From assembly GCA_965203295.1 (NCBI GenBank), contig CBDBCZ010000019.1, positions 2,048,001 to 2,112,000 on the forward strand: a stretch of 64,000 bases of DNA, given 5' to 3'. The stretch comes from Nitrospirales bacterium. GTDB taxonomy: Bacteria; Nitrospirota; Nitrospiria; Nitrospirales; UBA8639. A model generated the notes under the pieces. The model was not told where the DNA came from, ran no database searches, and was given only the letters and a program-made list of their open reading frames with translations. A program made the position numbers and the translations under genes. Below, piece after piece: positions 8,903-17,482 of the stretch. Position 1 is the first letter of the stretch, and every line of letters begins with the position of its first letter.

Positions 8903-9382
8903 ATGTTACATGGAACCCCTTTTCTTCTTCTGTTTGCAAGCCTAGCCTTTACTACAGCAGGCTGTTCGATTTTGGAGGGAAATACACTGTCTTCCGAACG
9001 ATACATGACCTGCCCTCAGGAATCTGTCTGGGAAGGCGCTTTGGAGATTCTTGAGCCCTACCCCGTCACCCTGAAGGACCAATCTAACGGTATCATTGAA
9101 ACTGGCTGGTTGGAACGCCCTGTCACTGGTCGTCCTTATGGGCTTTTTGCGCGAGAAGGATTAGGTGAGAGGGAACGATCACGTCTCACCTTTACCGTCA
9201 AACCGATCCAAGACGGGGTCGTCGTCGTCAGGCTGACCGAACGACGACAGCATTGGGGATTTCGCGGTGGCAATCAGATCTATAAATGGTATCCAGTGGA
9301 ACCTTCCAAGAAAGCGCTGGATGGAGTCATGAACGATCTCACCGCCCAACTCGATAAAGATGGATGTTTCATCGAATCATGA
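8903..9382 (+). CDS. Lipoprotein, BamC-like fold suspected
   Basis: Lipobox TAGC; GIIETGW motif; stop overlaps the next start. Confidence 0.65.
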   Translation: MLHGTPFLLLFASLAFTTAGCSILEGNTLSSERYMTCPQESVWEGALEILEPYPVTLKDQSNGIIETGWLERPVTGRPYGLFAREGLGERERSRLTFTVKPIQDGVVVVRLTERRQHWGFRGGNQIYKWYPVEPSKKALDGVMNDLTAQLDKDGCFIES

Positions 9383-10002
9383 ACTCTTTTGCTCTACGTC
9401 TGACATTAATACTCTCTCTTGTCTTCCTCACCGCTCCTCTCCTGTCAGCCCATGCTGAACGAGTATGGGACGCAGAGCTGAATCGATACTTGACACCTGA
9501 GGAGCTGGGTCATGTGGAAGTCTTCCTCACACCAGAGGAAGGCTCGAATTTGATATTTTCTGATTCCGAACAGATTCGTCACGTCAATTTGATACTGACT
9601 CCCTCCCAAAAAGAGAGCATTCAAGAAAGAATTGGGTGGACCTTTCCTGAAACTTCTTTTGAATGTTTTATCGGAGAAACTCAGGGCAAAACTGATGGAT
9701 GGGCTTTGGTTCAAAATACCGTCGGGAAACATAAACACATGACGTACATGGTCGGAGTTGACCAGGATGGAGAGGTCATGAGCGTTGAGCTGCTCGTCTA
9801 TCGAGAGTCCAGGGGAAGTGAAGTCCGAAAAAGGCGCTTTAACTATCAATACGAAGGGAAAACTGTCTACGATCCCATTCGCATCAACCGGGACATTATT
9901 AACATCTCCGGTGCCACGATGTCTGTCCGCTCGATGAGTGCTGGCATTAAACGAACCCTTGTGGTGGTGGATGAAGTCTATCTCAAACCCTCAGGCCGAT
10001 GA
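9379..10002 (+). CDS. Exported FMN-binding (flavinylated) domain protein
   Basis: Signal peptide (AHA); YRESRGSEV motif; NISGATMS contains the [S/T]GA[S/T] flavinylation site (9907-9918); ATGA coupling at 9379. Confidence 0.85.
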   Translation: MNSFALRLTLILSLVFLTAPLLSAHAERVWDAELNRYLTPEELGHVEVFLTPEEGSNLIFSDSEQIRHVNLILTPSQKESIQERIGWTFPETSFECFIGETQGKTDGWALVQNTVGKHKHMTYMVGVDQDGEVMSVELLVYRESRGSEVRKRRFNYQYEGKTVYDPIRINRDIINISGATMSVRSMSAGIKRTLVVVDEVYLKPSGR

Positions 10003-10082
10003 AGCACGATTAGTTCGAACGGTGGTGCCGAAAAGAACTTGTTTGAGTCCCTTTTGGGATTTTGATCCCCTACTGAAATGGG

Positions 10083-10595
10083 ATGCGGAATTTTAACACC
10101 CGGTTTCACCTTCGCGATACAGACCGACACATTCGGTTAGTGTACACGTGGTTCCTCTTACTGATGTTGGCTGGATTTATCTTTACGTTCTTTTGGGCAC
10201 ATAGCATGACCGACCTTACCCCCAAAGGCATTGCTGATCATTACCGTGGCTCCAATGCAACTTTTGGTGAGCCCATGTCATTTGGCCAATTGTCAGAGAC
10301 AACCCATTTTCATCTGTTTACCATGCCGGTAGTATTCCTCATCATGGTTCACGTACTCTATCTCACGATGGCAGGATCCCTCGTGAAAGCCATTACGACT
10401 TGGGCTGTTTTTTTAGGAGTTACCTTTGATCTGATTTCCCCTTGGCTCATCACGTATGTCTCTCCAGTGTTTGTTCTGACGATGCTAGGAGGTGATATTC
10501 TCATGACGTTGAGCTTCTTGGTGATGTTCATCATTCCAATGTATGAGATGTGGATCCTCAATCTACCTTTTATGATGAGGGAGTCAAATGAGTAA
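10083..10595 (+). CDS. Hypothetical ~4-TM membrane protein with His residues (ETTHFHLFTMP..MVH)
   Basis: Four hydrophobic segments; co-oriented with the FMN-binding gene and upstream of a shared terminator. Confidence 0.75.
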   Translation: MRNFNTRFHLRDTDRHIRLVYTWFLLLMLAGFIFTFFWAHSMTDLTPKGIADHYRGSNATFGEPMSFGQLSETTHFHLFTMPVVFLIMVHVLYLTMAGSLVKAITTWAVFLGVTFDLISPWLITYVSPVFVLTMLGGDILMTLSFLVMFIIPMYEMWILNLPFMMRESNE

Positions 10596-10650
10596 GTACG
10601 TATTCAACTAGTCAGATTCAGCTCTCGTCAGGCTAGAAACCTTTCGTCAT

Positions 10651-10690
10651 AGAGCCCAAGATTGACGTCACAATCTTGGGCTCTTTTTTT
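10651..10690 (+). terminator. Rho-independent terminator
   Basis: Perfect 14-bp stem AGAGCCCAAGATTG/CAATCTTGGGCTCT followed by a T run. Confidence 0.9.
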
Positions 10691-10830
10691 GCCGCAAGAA
10701 GTCTTGCGTCTCGACATCTTTCGAAGAGAAAATATGCGCTCCTGCCATCCTCGCTTTAGAACGACAGGGCTCTTGCCCTGCACGACTCTTCGCGTTCCAC
10801 TGGTTGCCTCTAACTTGTTTGCTCTAAGGG

Positions 10831-10870
10831 TTGACAAAGTAAAAATAATATGATATTGATAATTATTATC
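10831..10870 (+). promoter_or_regulatory. sigma70 promoter with near-perfect Fur box
   Basis: TTGACA 10831-10836. GATATTGATAATTATTATC (10852-10870) matches 17/19 of the Fur consensus and covers the -10 region. Confidence 0.85.
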
Positions 10871-11112
10871 TATATCAATATTAAAACTATTGCCCTTGGG
10901 CCATCTTTCGATGCTTAACATTTCACACACGCAGCCCCCTAATCTTCAGAGCAGCCGGAATTCTGCGCCTCCTGACCTCACCAGGGATAGAGTGGGTTTA
11001 CCCCTCCCACTTCATCCACAGCAAATTCCGCCTGCTTGGCAAGGGACCAACAATTCCTCCGGTCCCTTGCCCTCCCTATTTCAGCGGTCTACTTAATTGT
11101 CTGCACTTTTTT
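10871..11112 (+). ncRNA. Candidate Fur-repressed small RNA or structured leader with C-rich anti-SD loops
   Basis: Stems 10985-11017 (loop TTTACCCCT) and 11038-11071 (11 bp perfect, loop AACAATTCCTCC); ends in a weak stem plus T6 at about 11112. Confidence 0.45.
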
Positions 11113-11128
11113 ATAGGAGAAATAAACC

Positions 11129-11632
11129 ATGAAAATCGGTGACATCATGCCTCCATTCATCTTTCCCGCTCAAGTAGGAGGAAAGCTCATCCCCCTAACC
11201 TTTTCTCAATTCAAAGGGGAATGGACAGCCTTATTCTGTGTTTCTTCTCTCCATCAGATTGATATGAATGCTTTTGATGATCAGTTCGAGCAGTTCGAAT
11301 CTTGTCAGTGCAACCTTGTCGTTTTGACAGAGAAGGATCTTCCTTTCCATGACTCATTCGGTCAGCAATATCGCAACTTCCGACCCTACCTACTAGCCGA
11401 TCCTTTACGACGATTGACCTGAGCACTGAAACCCACTGACTCTCTTTCGTCTCATCGATGCGAATTCTTTCTCATCAATCCAGAAAGTCGATTATACATG
11501 CGGCTCATTCAGGACTTTGGTCATCAAGGGATCAGCGACCTTCTTGATATTCTTCTGATGATTAAACTGACCATCCCATTCACAAGAGAACAATCACTTC
11601 CAGAAATAATTCCCGCTGGAAACCCAGCATGA
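11129..11632 (+). pseudogene. Degenerate AhpC/peroxiredoxin-like (redoxin) gene with in-frame TGA at 11420-11422
   Basis: SD AGGAGA; MKIGD..P.F, LLADPLRRLT*AL, then RCEFFLINPE in the same frame to the TGA at 11630-11632; no PxxxTxxC motif. Confidence 0.65.
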
Positions 11633-11837
11633 AAAATGGTTTTTCAATTTTCAAGAACACATTCCACGAAAGCTTGCCTTCTTTCTCACTATCCTCTTGG
11701 TATGGTCATACCAACTGCTCCGTGGTTTCTTGATAACCAGTCCTTTGCAAGAGAGAAACATCGTACATTTTCTTGACTTAAGAAAACCTGATTAGTGATA
11801 CACAATAACGCAAATGCATTTTTGAGCAAGGCAACCC

Positions 11838-12104
11838 ATGGATTTAGTTCGATTTCTTCTCCTCATACTCATTCTATTCTTCTCTGGATGCGCACCCAGT
11901 CTCTACTGGGCCAAACCCGGTGCCCAACCTGGGGAATTTGAACACGATATCATCGAGTGCCGACGGACCCTTGGAATCAGGAATACAGGAGGAGCCGTCA
12001 TCAATCCTCGTGCGCTGTCTATGGTAACCGGAGAGGTCCCTGTTCAGCAATGCTTAGCGAACAAAGGATGGTATTTGGCGGAAAAACCCGACAATGAGGG
12101 ATGA
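11838..12104 (+). CDS. Small hypothetical lipoprotein
   Basis: Lipobox FFSGC; WAKPG...D..EC...C...KGW pattern. Confidence 0.7.
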   Translation: MDLVRFLLLILILFFSGCAPSLYWAKPGAQPGEFEHDIIECRRTLGIRNTGGAVINPRALSMVTGEVPVQQCLANKGWYLAEKPDNEG

Positions 12105-12360
12105 GATAAGCTCTCATCCTATTTCCAATCCTCTAATTTTTTTTTCGCACCAGTCCACGACAACTATAGTGTTTTCACTTTCCTTCAATAAATCAGAAAG
12201 TTCATTTTCCCTCTGGATATAGGGATTTTGAATTAAGGAATGTCTTAATAAAAAGTTAAAAAAACTGTAGCTTTTGACACCACAGACGGCGACGTTTATG
12301 CCATGACAAGACCTTCTTTCATTCGTTCTCATCATAGCAATGCCTGACAGATGGATAGTA

Positions 12361-12650
12361 TCCATCGGATAAACCCCATGCGGCAATCCTCCCGATCAAT
12401 TTGGGATGAGGGGAGGTTAGAAGCTCTGAGGACTAACTCATCACGATGGGGAGAAAGAAGATAGAGAAGGCAGGCATCGGCTTTGGTCACTTCGACCACA
12501 ATCTCGACAATATGCCTGAAGACTGATTCCAGATCTAAGGTGCTACCGATAGATTCACTGATCTGGTGCAAGACCTCCACTTATCGAGTTCTCTCGAGGA
12601 GAACAGCCTTCACGTTTTTATTGGAACGATTTGGATTTATGCTCTTCAAG
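12361..12650 (-). pseudogene. Remnant of a GAF-domain regulator
   Basis: ERTR*VEVLHQISESIGSTLDLESV...ADACLLYLL...LVLRAS (GAF-like); TAA at 12581-12583; frameshift near 12410 (PHPKLIGRI continues in another frame), then truncated. Confidence 0.65.
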
Positions 12651-12701
12651 ATAGGGGCCAAGCATGTTCGATTGAACTACACACTGTCTACGCTATCTAG
12701 A

Positions 12702-13802
12702 CTATAACCCATTCCATGAGCCGTTAAACCATTGCCTGACTTTATCTCGTTGTAAAGGAATCACTTCCACCTTTCCAATTTTTCGAGGGACCACACAATG
12801 GACCTGTCCACTCGCGACCTTTTTATCGTGGAGCATAGCAGACCACAAATCTCTAAAATGGAGAGGAGGAATGGACTGAGGCAACCCTGCACTTTGAATC
12901 AGCTCACGCTGTCGAGTGACCACTTCTTCCGAGCAAAGTCCCAAAAACCTGGAGAGTTCAGCCTCGCAGACCATGCCCATACCCACAGCTTCCCCATGAA
13001 TGAATTTTCGATAGCGGCCCCAAGATTCCAGTGCATGGCCAATGGTATGTCCATAGTTTAAGATGCGACGTAACCCAGACTCTAGTTCATCCCGAGCCAC
13101 CACCGAAGCCTTGATTTCACAACATCGCTTAACCACAGACTGGACGATCTCGGATTTCATCTTCAGTATCGCACCGATCTGGTCTTCAAGAAATCGAAAA
13201 AATGTCCTATCCGCAATCATGCCATACTTAATCACTTCAGCAAGCCCGGCTATCCACTCCCGTTTTGGTAGAGTTCGAAGCGTATCTGTATCCAACAGTA
13301 CAAGCGAAGGTTGATAAAATGCTCCAATCAAATTTTTTCCTAGGGGATGATTGACTCCTGTTTTTCCACCCACGCTGGAATCCACCTGCGCCATGAGGGT
13401 TGTGGCGACTTGAACAAATGGGATTCCCCTGAGGTAAACAGCCGCCGCAAAACCGGTGATATCTCCTATAACTCCTCCTCCCAATGCCACGAGGACTGAA
13501 TTCCGTTCAAACTGGTGTTGCACTAACTCATTCAATATTTTGCCCACCCATTGCAAGGTCTTGGCCTTTTCTCCATCTGGGATGAGGATCGTCTGGCAGC
13601 TGAAACTGCATTGTTTCAACGATCGAATAACTTTCTCACCATACAGTCGATAGATAGTGGAGTTCGTCACAATACCAACTTTCCCGGAGAATTGGAGTTG
13701 ATGAAGATACTGCCCCAGGTTACCAATCCCTTCCCTCTGAATGATGATGTCATAACTGCGTTTACCCAATGAAACCTTGACGTTCATATTGCTGTGAATC
13801 AT
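12702..13802 (-). CDS. aroB: 3-dehydroquinate synthase
   Basis: GGGVIGD, QVDSSVGGKTG, LNYGHTIGHA, HGEAV motifs. Confidence 0.96.
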   Translation of the reverse strand: MIHSNMNVKVSLGKRSYDIIIQREGIGNLGQYLHQLQFSGKVGIVTNSTIYRLYGEKVIRSLKQCSFSCQTILIPDGEKAKTLQWVGKILNELVQHQFERNSVLVALGGGVIGDITGFAAAVYLRGIPFVQVATTLMAQVDSSVGGKTGVNHPLGKNLIGAFYQPSLVLLDTDTLRTLPKREWIAGLAEVIKYGMIADRTFFRFLEDQIGAILKMKSEIVQSVVKRCCEIKASVVARDELESGLRRILNYGHTIGHALESWGRYRKFIHGEAVGMGMVCEAELSRFLGLCSEEVVTRQRELIQSAGLPQSIPPLHFRDLWSAMLHDKKVASGQVHCVVPRKIGKVEVIPLQRDKVRQWFNGSWNGL

Positions 13803-13874
13803 GTTTGTTCAAACCCCGATGATGCTCACTTCATCAGGAGCATCGGAATACATTCACGTTGCCAAAGACTCAGT

Positions 13875-13910
13875 CACTTTCCCATCAACCAACACTTTCC
13901 CATCAACCAA
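13875..13910. repeat. Exact 18-bp tandem duplication
   Basis: CACTTTCCCATCAACCAA x2. Confidence 0.95.
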
Positions 13911-13959
13911 TGAGAGGTTAGAGAGATCAAGCCACGATTAGGTCTCGACTCGGACCTTT

Positions 13960-15120
13960 CTAGAATTCCTTGACATACGCTTGGTAGGCATCAAAATTTC
14001 GTTTCATTTCATCAAGACTATCCCCACCAAATTTCTCAATCATGGCGTTTGCCATCTCATAGGCGATGACGGCTTCACCGACAACTCCAGCAGCGGGAAC
14101 CGTGCAGATATCTGATCGTTCTACCGTCGCTTCAAAGGGTTCTTTGGTTTGGATATCGACGCTGTTTTTGGGACGATATAAGGTCGCAATAGGTTTCATA
14201 GCCACATTGATGACGATAGGCTGACCATTGGTAATACCTCCCTCTAAACCTCCAGCATTATTCGTTTTTCTCTCAAAGGTATTGTCTTGAGCCTTGTGGT
14301 AAATATCATCGTGGACTTCTGATCCAAATCGACGAGCGGACTCAAATCCCATTCCAATTTCCACCCCTTTCATAGCTTGGATGCTCATGGCCGCCATCGC
14401 TAATCGAGCACTGAGACGACGATCCCATTGGGAATAACTTCCCAACCCAATCGGCGGATTTAAGACCACCACTTCGAATATTCCACCTAAAGAATCCCCT
14501 TTATACTTGGCCGCCCGAATCTGTTCCACCATTTTCTCTCCTGCCACGGGGTCAGGGCATCGGACCTGTGACTCTTCCGCTCTGTCAAAAGCCTCCAAAG
14601 GGTCTTCAACTTTTGAGGCAGCCACCCCCCCAATTTCCATCGTGTAACTGAAGACCTGGATGTCAAATTGAGACAGAAGAGCTTTGGCTACGGCACCGAT
14701 GGCTACTCGAATAGCCGTCTCACGGGCACTTGCTTTCTCCAACACGTTGCGAATATCACGATGCCCATACTTGATCGCTCCGACAAGGTCCGCATGGCCA
14801 GGCCTCGGGCGTGTGACCACTTTTTCTGTCGGAGGCGGACCAGGCTCTGCCGCCATAATGTCTTTCCAATTTTCCCAATCTTTGTTTCGAATGAGAAATC
14901 CTAGAGGATTCCCAAGAGTTTTCCCCTTCCGTACTCCGCACGAAAACTCAATCTGATCCTTTTCGATTCGCATCCTGCCACCACGCCCATACCCGCCTTG
15001 ACGACGATGAAGATCCAGGTTGATCATTTCCGCGGTGAGAGGAAGGCCAGCCGGCATACCCTCAAGAACCGCCAATAAGCATCGTCCATGTGACTCGCCT
15101 GCATTTAAATATCTCAACAT
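13960..15120 (-). CDS. aroC: Chorismate synthase
   Basis: AGESHG, RPGHADL, SARETA, GGLEGG, MKPI, RSD motifs. Confidence 0.97.
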   Translation of the reverse strand: MLRYLNAGESHGRCLLAVLEGMPAGLPLTAEMINLDLHRRQGGYGRGGRMRIEKDQIEFSCGVRKGKTLGNPLGFLIRNKDWENWKDIMAAEPGPPPTEKVVTRPRPGHADLVGAIKYGHRDIRNVLEKASARETAIRVAIGAVAKALLSQFDIQVFSYTMEIGGVAASKVEDPLEAFDRAEESQVRCPDPVAGEKMVEQIRAAKYKGDSLGGIFEVVVLNPPIGLGSYSQWDRRLSARLAMAAMSIQAMKGVEIGMGFESARRFGSEVHDDIYHKAQDNTFERKTNNAGGLEGGITNGQPIVINVAMKPIATLYRPKNSVDIQTKEPFEATVERSDICTVPAAGVVGEAVIAYEMANAMIEKFGGDSLDEMKRNFDAYQAYVKEF

Positions 15121-15253
15121 CGCAATGTCCTATGTGTTGAAGCTAAAAATAAAAGTTAAACCCCATGTCCCTAGGAGAAATATTTCTCCCACGGCACGGC
15201 TGAATTAGAGTGACTGAACCCCATTGCCCGATTTGAGCAATTTTCTATTGGAG

Positions 15254-15577
15254 CTAGGTGAAAAGCTGAATAACTAGTTTATTCTGTGTCTCCTTTACAT
15301 CATACCGGACCCCCTGTCCTCCAACTTGATTAAGGTCAAACACTAATCGAAGTTTTTGAAGGTGCTGCCCAATTCGAATACCTTTCAATATCGCGTGGTC
15401 AACCGGAAGCTCCTTAAATCGAATAGAGGAAACGACGTTGACCAGATCAAGACTCAGCCTCGCTTCATCTACACGAAACATGCGGTAAGAAAACCTTCCA
15501 TCTACTTCTACGACAATCGTCACCTCATTTTGTCCTCGTTGGACAGAGACTTTCGTTAAACGCCTAGCAAGGGGCAT
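15254..15577 (-). pseudogene. Isolated AMIN-domain fragment where pilQ is expected
   Basis: RLSLDL...IRIGQH..KLRLVFDL AMIN pattern; no signal peptide or secretin domain; upstream 15578-15700 reads as interrupted coding remnant. Confidence 0.55.
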
Positions 15578-15735
15578 AGGGTAATGACGCCCCGCGGCTT
15601 TAGCCTACTCTGCCGAAAGAGCTCTGACTACAAAGGCTGGGCAGCCGTGGCTTCCTGTCGCTTGCGCGCCAGAGCTTCAGCGGCGGCTAGCGCGTAGGCG
15701 GGTGAAATGAGGTCTTATGACAAATGTAGCCCTTA

Positions 15736-16278
15736 TCAGGGTTTTTTCCCTGACTGAAGGAGATTCAGCCTCAGAATATGTTTCTTCTCTGATCTCTTTT
15801 CCTCTTCTTGATCTGAAAACATTTCGATAACAACAGTTTGGTTAGTAATCGTTTTCATTCTTCCTTGGATTCTCGCAATAGGCGATCCAGGACCAACAAT
15901 CATCTCATCGCCATCTTCGAATCGAAGGAAAGCCCTAGGCCCAACAGCACCGAACATAATCCCTACTAGAATCACACGTTCTCCCAAGGATTTTTCTATT
16001 CCGGAACTCTCAAAGACACTCGCCGAGTCGGTTTGAGAAACATCAGGAGGGGAAAATGGATCACGATTGTCTCCCGGATCATATTCATAGGGAGGAACAT
16101 CCAAAAGAACGTGACGGACATTCACATCTTTTGGTTCCGCAACGAAATGCTTCATCCTATTCTCCTGCCACTTTTTTGTTGTCATGTCGGCCGAGGCTAC
16201 CCAGGCAAAGAGCTGAATCAGGACGACCAATCCAGAAAGAACAAGAAGGCTCCTCCTATAGAATCGATCCCATTTCAT
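15736..16278 (-). CDS. pilP: PilP-like type IV pilus assembly protein
   Basis: YEYDPGDNRDPF motif, LVGIM; position after pilO. Confidence 0.65.
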   Translation of the reverse strand: MKWDRFYRRSLLVLSGLVVLIQLFAWVASADMTTKKWQENRMKHFVAEPKDVNVRHVLLDVPPYEYDPGDNRDPFSPPDVSQTDSASVFESSGIEKSLGERVILVGIMFGAVGPRAFLRFEDGDEMIVGPGSPIARIQGRMKTITNQTVVIEMFSDQEEEKRSEKKHILRLNLLQSGKKP

Positions 16279-16287
16279 GAGAACACT

Positions 16288-16926
16288 CTATGTGCGATCC
16301 ATAAACAACTTTTCTTTTTCAAAAGAAGACACCAACGTGCTCTTTTCAATTTCGTGAAGCCTTGAAAAAACCATAAGATCTAATTCCACACGAATGCCTG
16401 AGGCAGCTCTTCTTTCTGAAGGACCGAACATGCGAAATTTTTCCACCTGCAATATTTTTGGGAAGTGTCCCATTCTATTTAAAAACAAGCCCAATTGATG
16501 GAACTCTCCTTCAATTTGAAGAACACCTGGAATTTGCCCAACTTCTAATATGGTATTTTTTTCAAGGATACCCGGCTTCCATTGAGTAATAGCCACATTT
16601 AGCCCTTGTGCTTCCTGCGACAGAGATTTTAAAACTTGTTCAAGTTCAATATTCAGACCAAGGCTTTCTTTTCTCGTCTGAAGTCGCACATTCAATTCAT
16701 GAATCGTGGCTTTCAAAGCTTTCGACTCACTGACCTGCGTCCTCTCTTGTGTCAATCGCAGGTCCAGTTTATCAATCGATCGGCTTAGTTGCTCAAAATG
16801 ACGAAATGCCGGCTCCAGGGTTGACATAAAAAACCCCACCCCCAACACACACATGAGCATGCCGATGACGGTCACCTTTTGAAGCGGGGAAGTCTCTTCC
16901 AACCACTCAAAGATTCGCTGTTGCAT
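16288..16926 (-). CDS. pilO: PilO-like protein
   Basis: N-terminal TM, coiled coil, IEGEFHQLGLFL motif. Confidence 0.75.
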   Translation of the reverse strand: MQQRIFEWLEETSPLQKVTVIGMLMCVLGVGFFMSTLEPAFRHFEQLSRSIDKLDLRLTQERTQVSESKALKATIHELNVRLQTRKESLGLNIELEQVLKSLSQEAQGLNVAITQWKPGILEKNTILEVGQIPGVLQIEGEFHQLGLFLNRMGHFPKILQVEKFRMFGPSERRAASGIRVELDLMVFSRLHEIEKSTLVSSFEKEKLFMDRT

Positions 16927-17467
16927 CACCCGGTTCCAAATTCAGCAGAAGGGTCAACGTAAAGTGAAACGTGGATTTTCCCTGGATCGAATCCGTACCA
17001 ATTTCAACAAGTTGAGCGCTGCCAAATACATCTCGCTTCTTTAAGAAATCAGTAAATTGAAAGATGTCCTGTTTTTCTCGCCCGTAGCCATGAATGAGCA
17101 CGCGAGGGCCCTCAACCTCCAAACTCTTTAGCCACAGTTGAAGAGAATGTACTCCTTGGCTCACGACATCAAGAACCTGCACAGCCTTATATCGTTGGGC
17201 CATCACTTGATAGAGCACACCGTGCTGCTGAAATAATTGCCTCTCACGCCCCTTCAGGAGTTCTAAGTCTTTTCTTTTTTCCATTATGGTCGCTAATTCA
17301 GTTTCTTTAGATTTTTTCTCCGCGAGGAGTTGGGTCTCTTTGCTATCGAGGTGAAACAAAACAATCATACATGCGGTGAGCAATACCCCAATTGCTCTCA
17401 TAATCATCACTATACTGCCACTTGAGGGATCGCTGATGCCGAATGGAAGAAGCCCTGTTGTCAACAA
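16907..17467 (-). CDS. pilN: PilN-like protein
   Basis: TM plus coiled coil, LWLKSL, IHGYG; located between pilM and pilO. Confidence 0.7.
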   Translation of the reverse strand: MLTTGLLPFGISDPSSGSIVMIMRAIGVLLTACMIVLFHLDSKETQLLAEKKSKETELATIMEKRKDLELLKGRERQLFQQHGVLYQVMAQRYKAVQVLDVVSQGVHSLQLWLKSLEVEGPRVLIHGYGREKQDIFQFTDFLKKRDVFGSAQLVEIGTDSIQGKSTFHFTLTLLLNLEPGDATANL

Positions 17468-17482
17468 GTAAATTTATTTTGA

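Noticed and set aside
11420..11422. Selenocysteine at the in-frame TGA of the redoxin-like gene
   Set aside because: Not at a catalytic Cys position and no evident SECIS hairpin directly downstream; a nonsense mutation is simpler.
13803..13959. Decayed aroK between aroC and aroB
   Set aside because: No recognisable shikimate kinase residues in the 157-nt spacer; absence alone is not evidence of loss.
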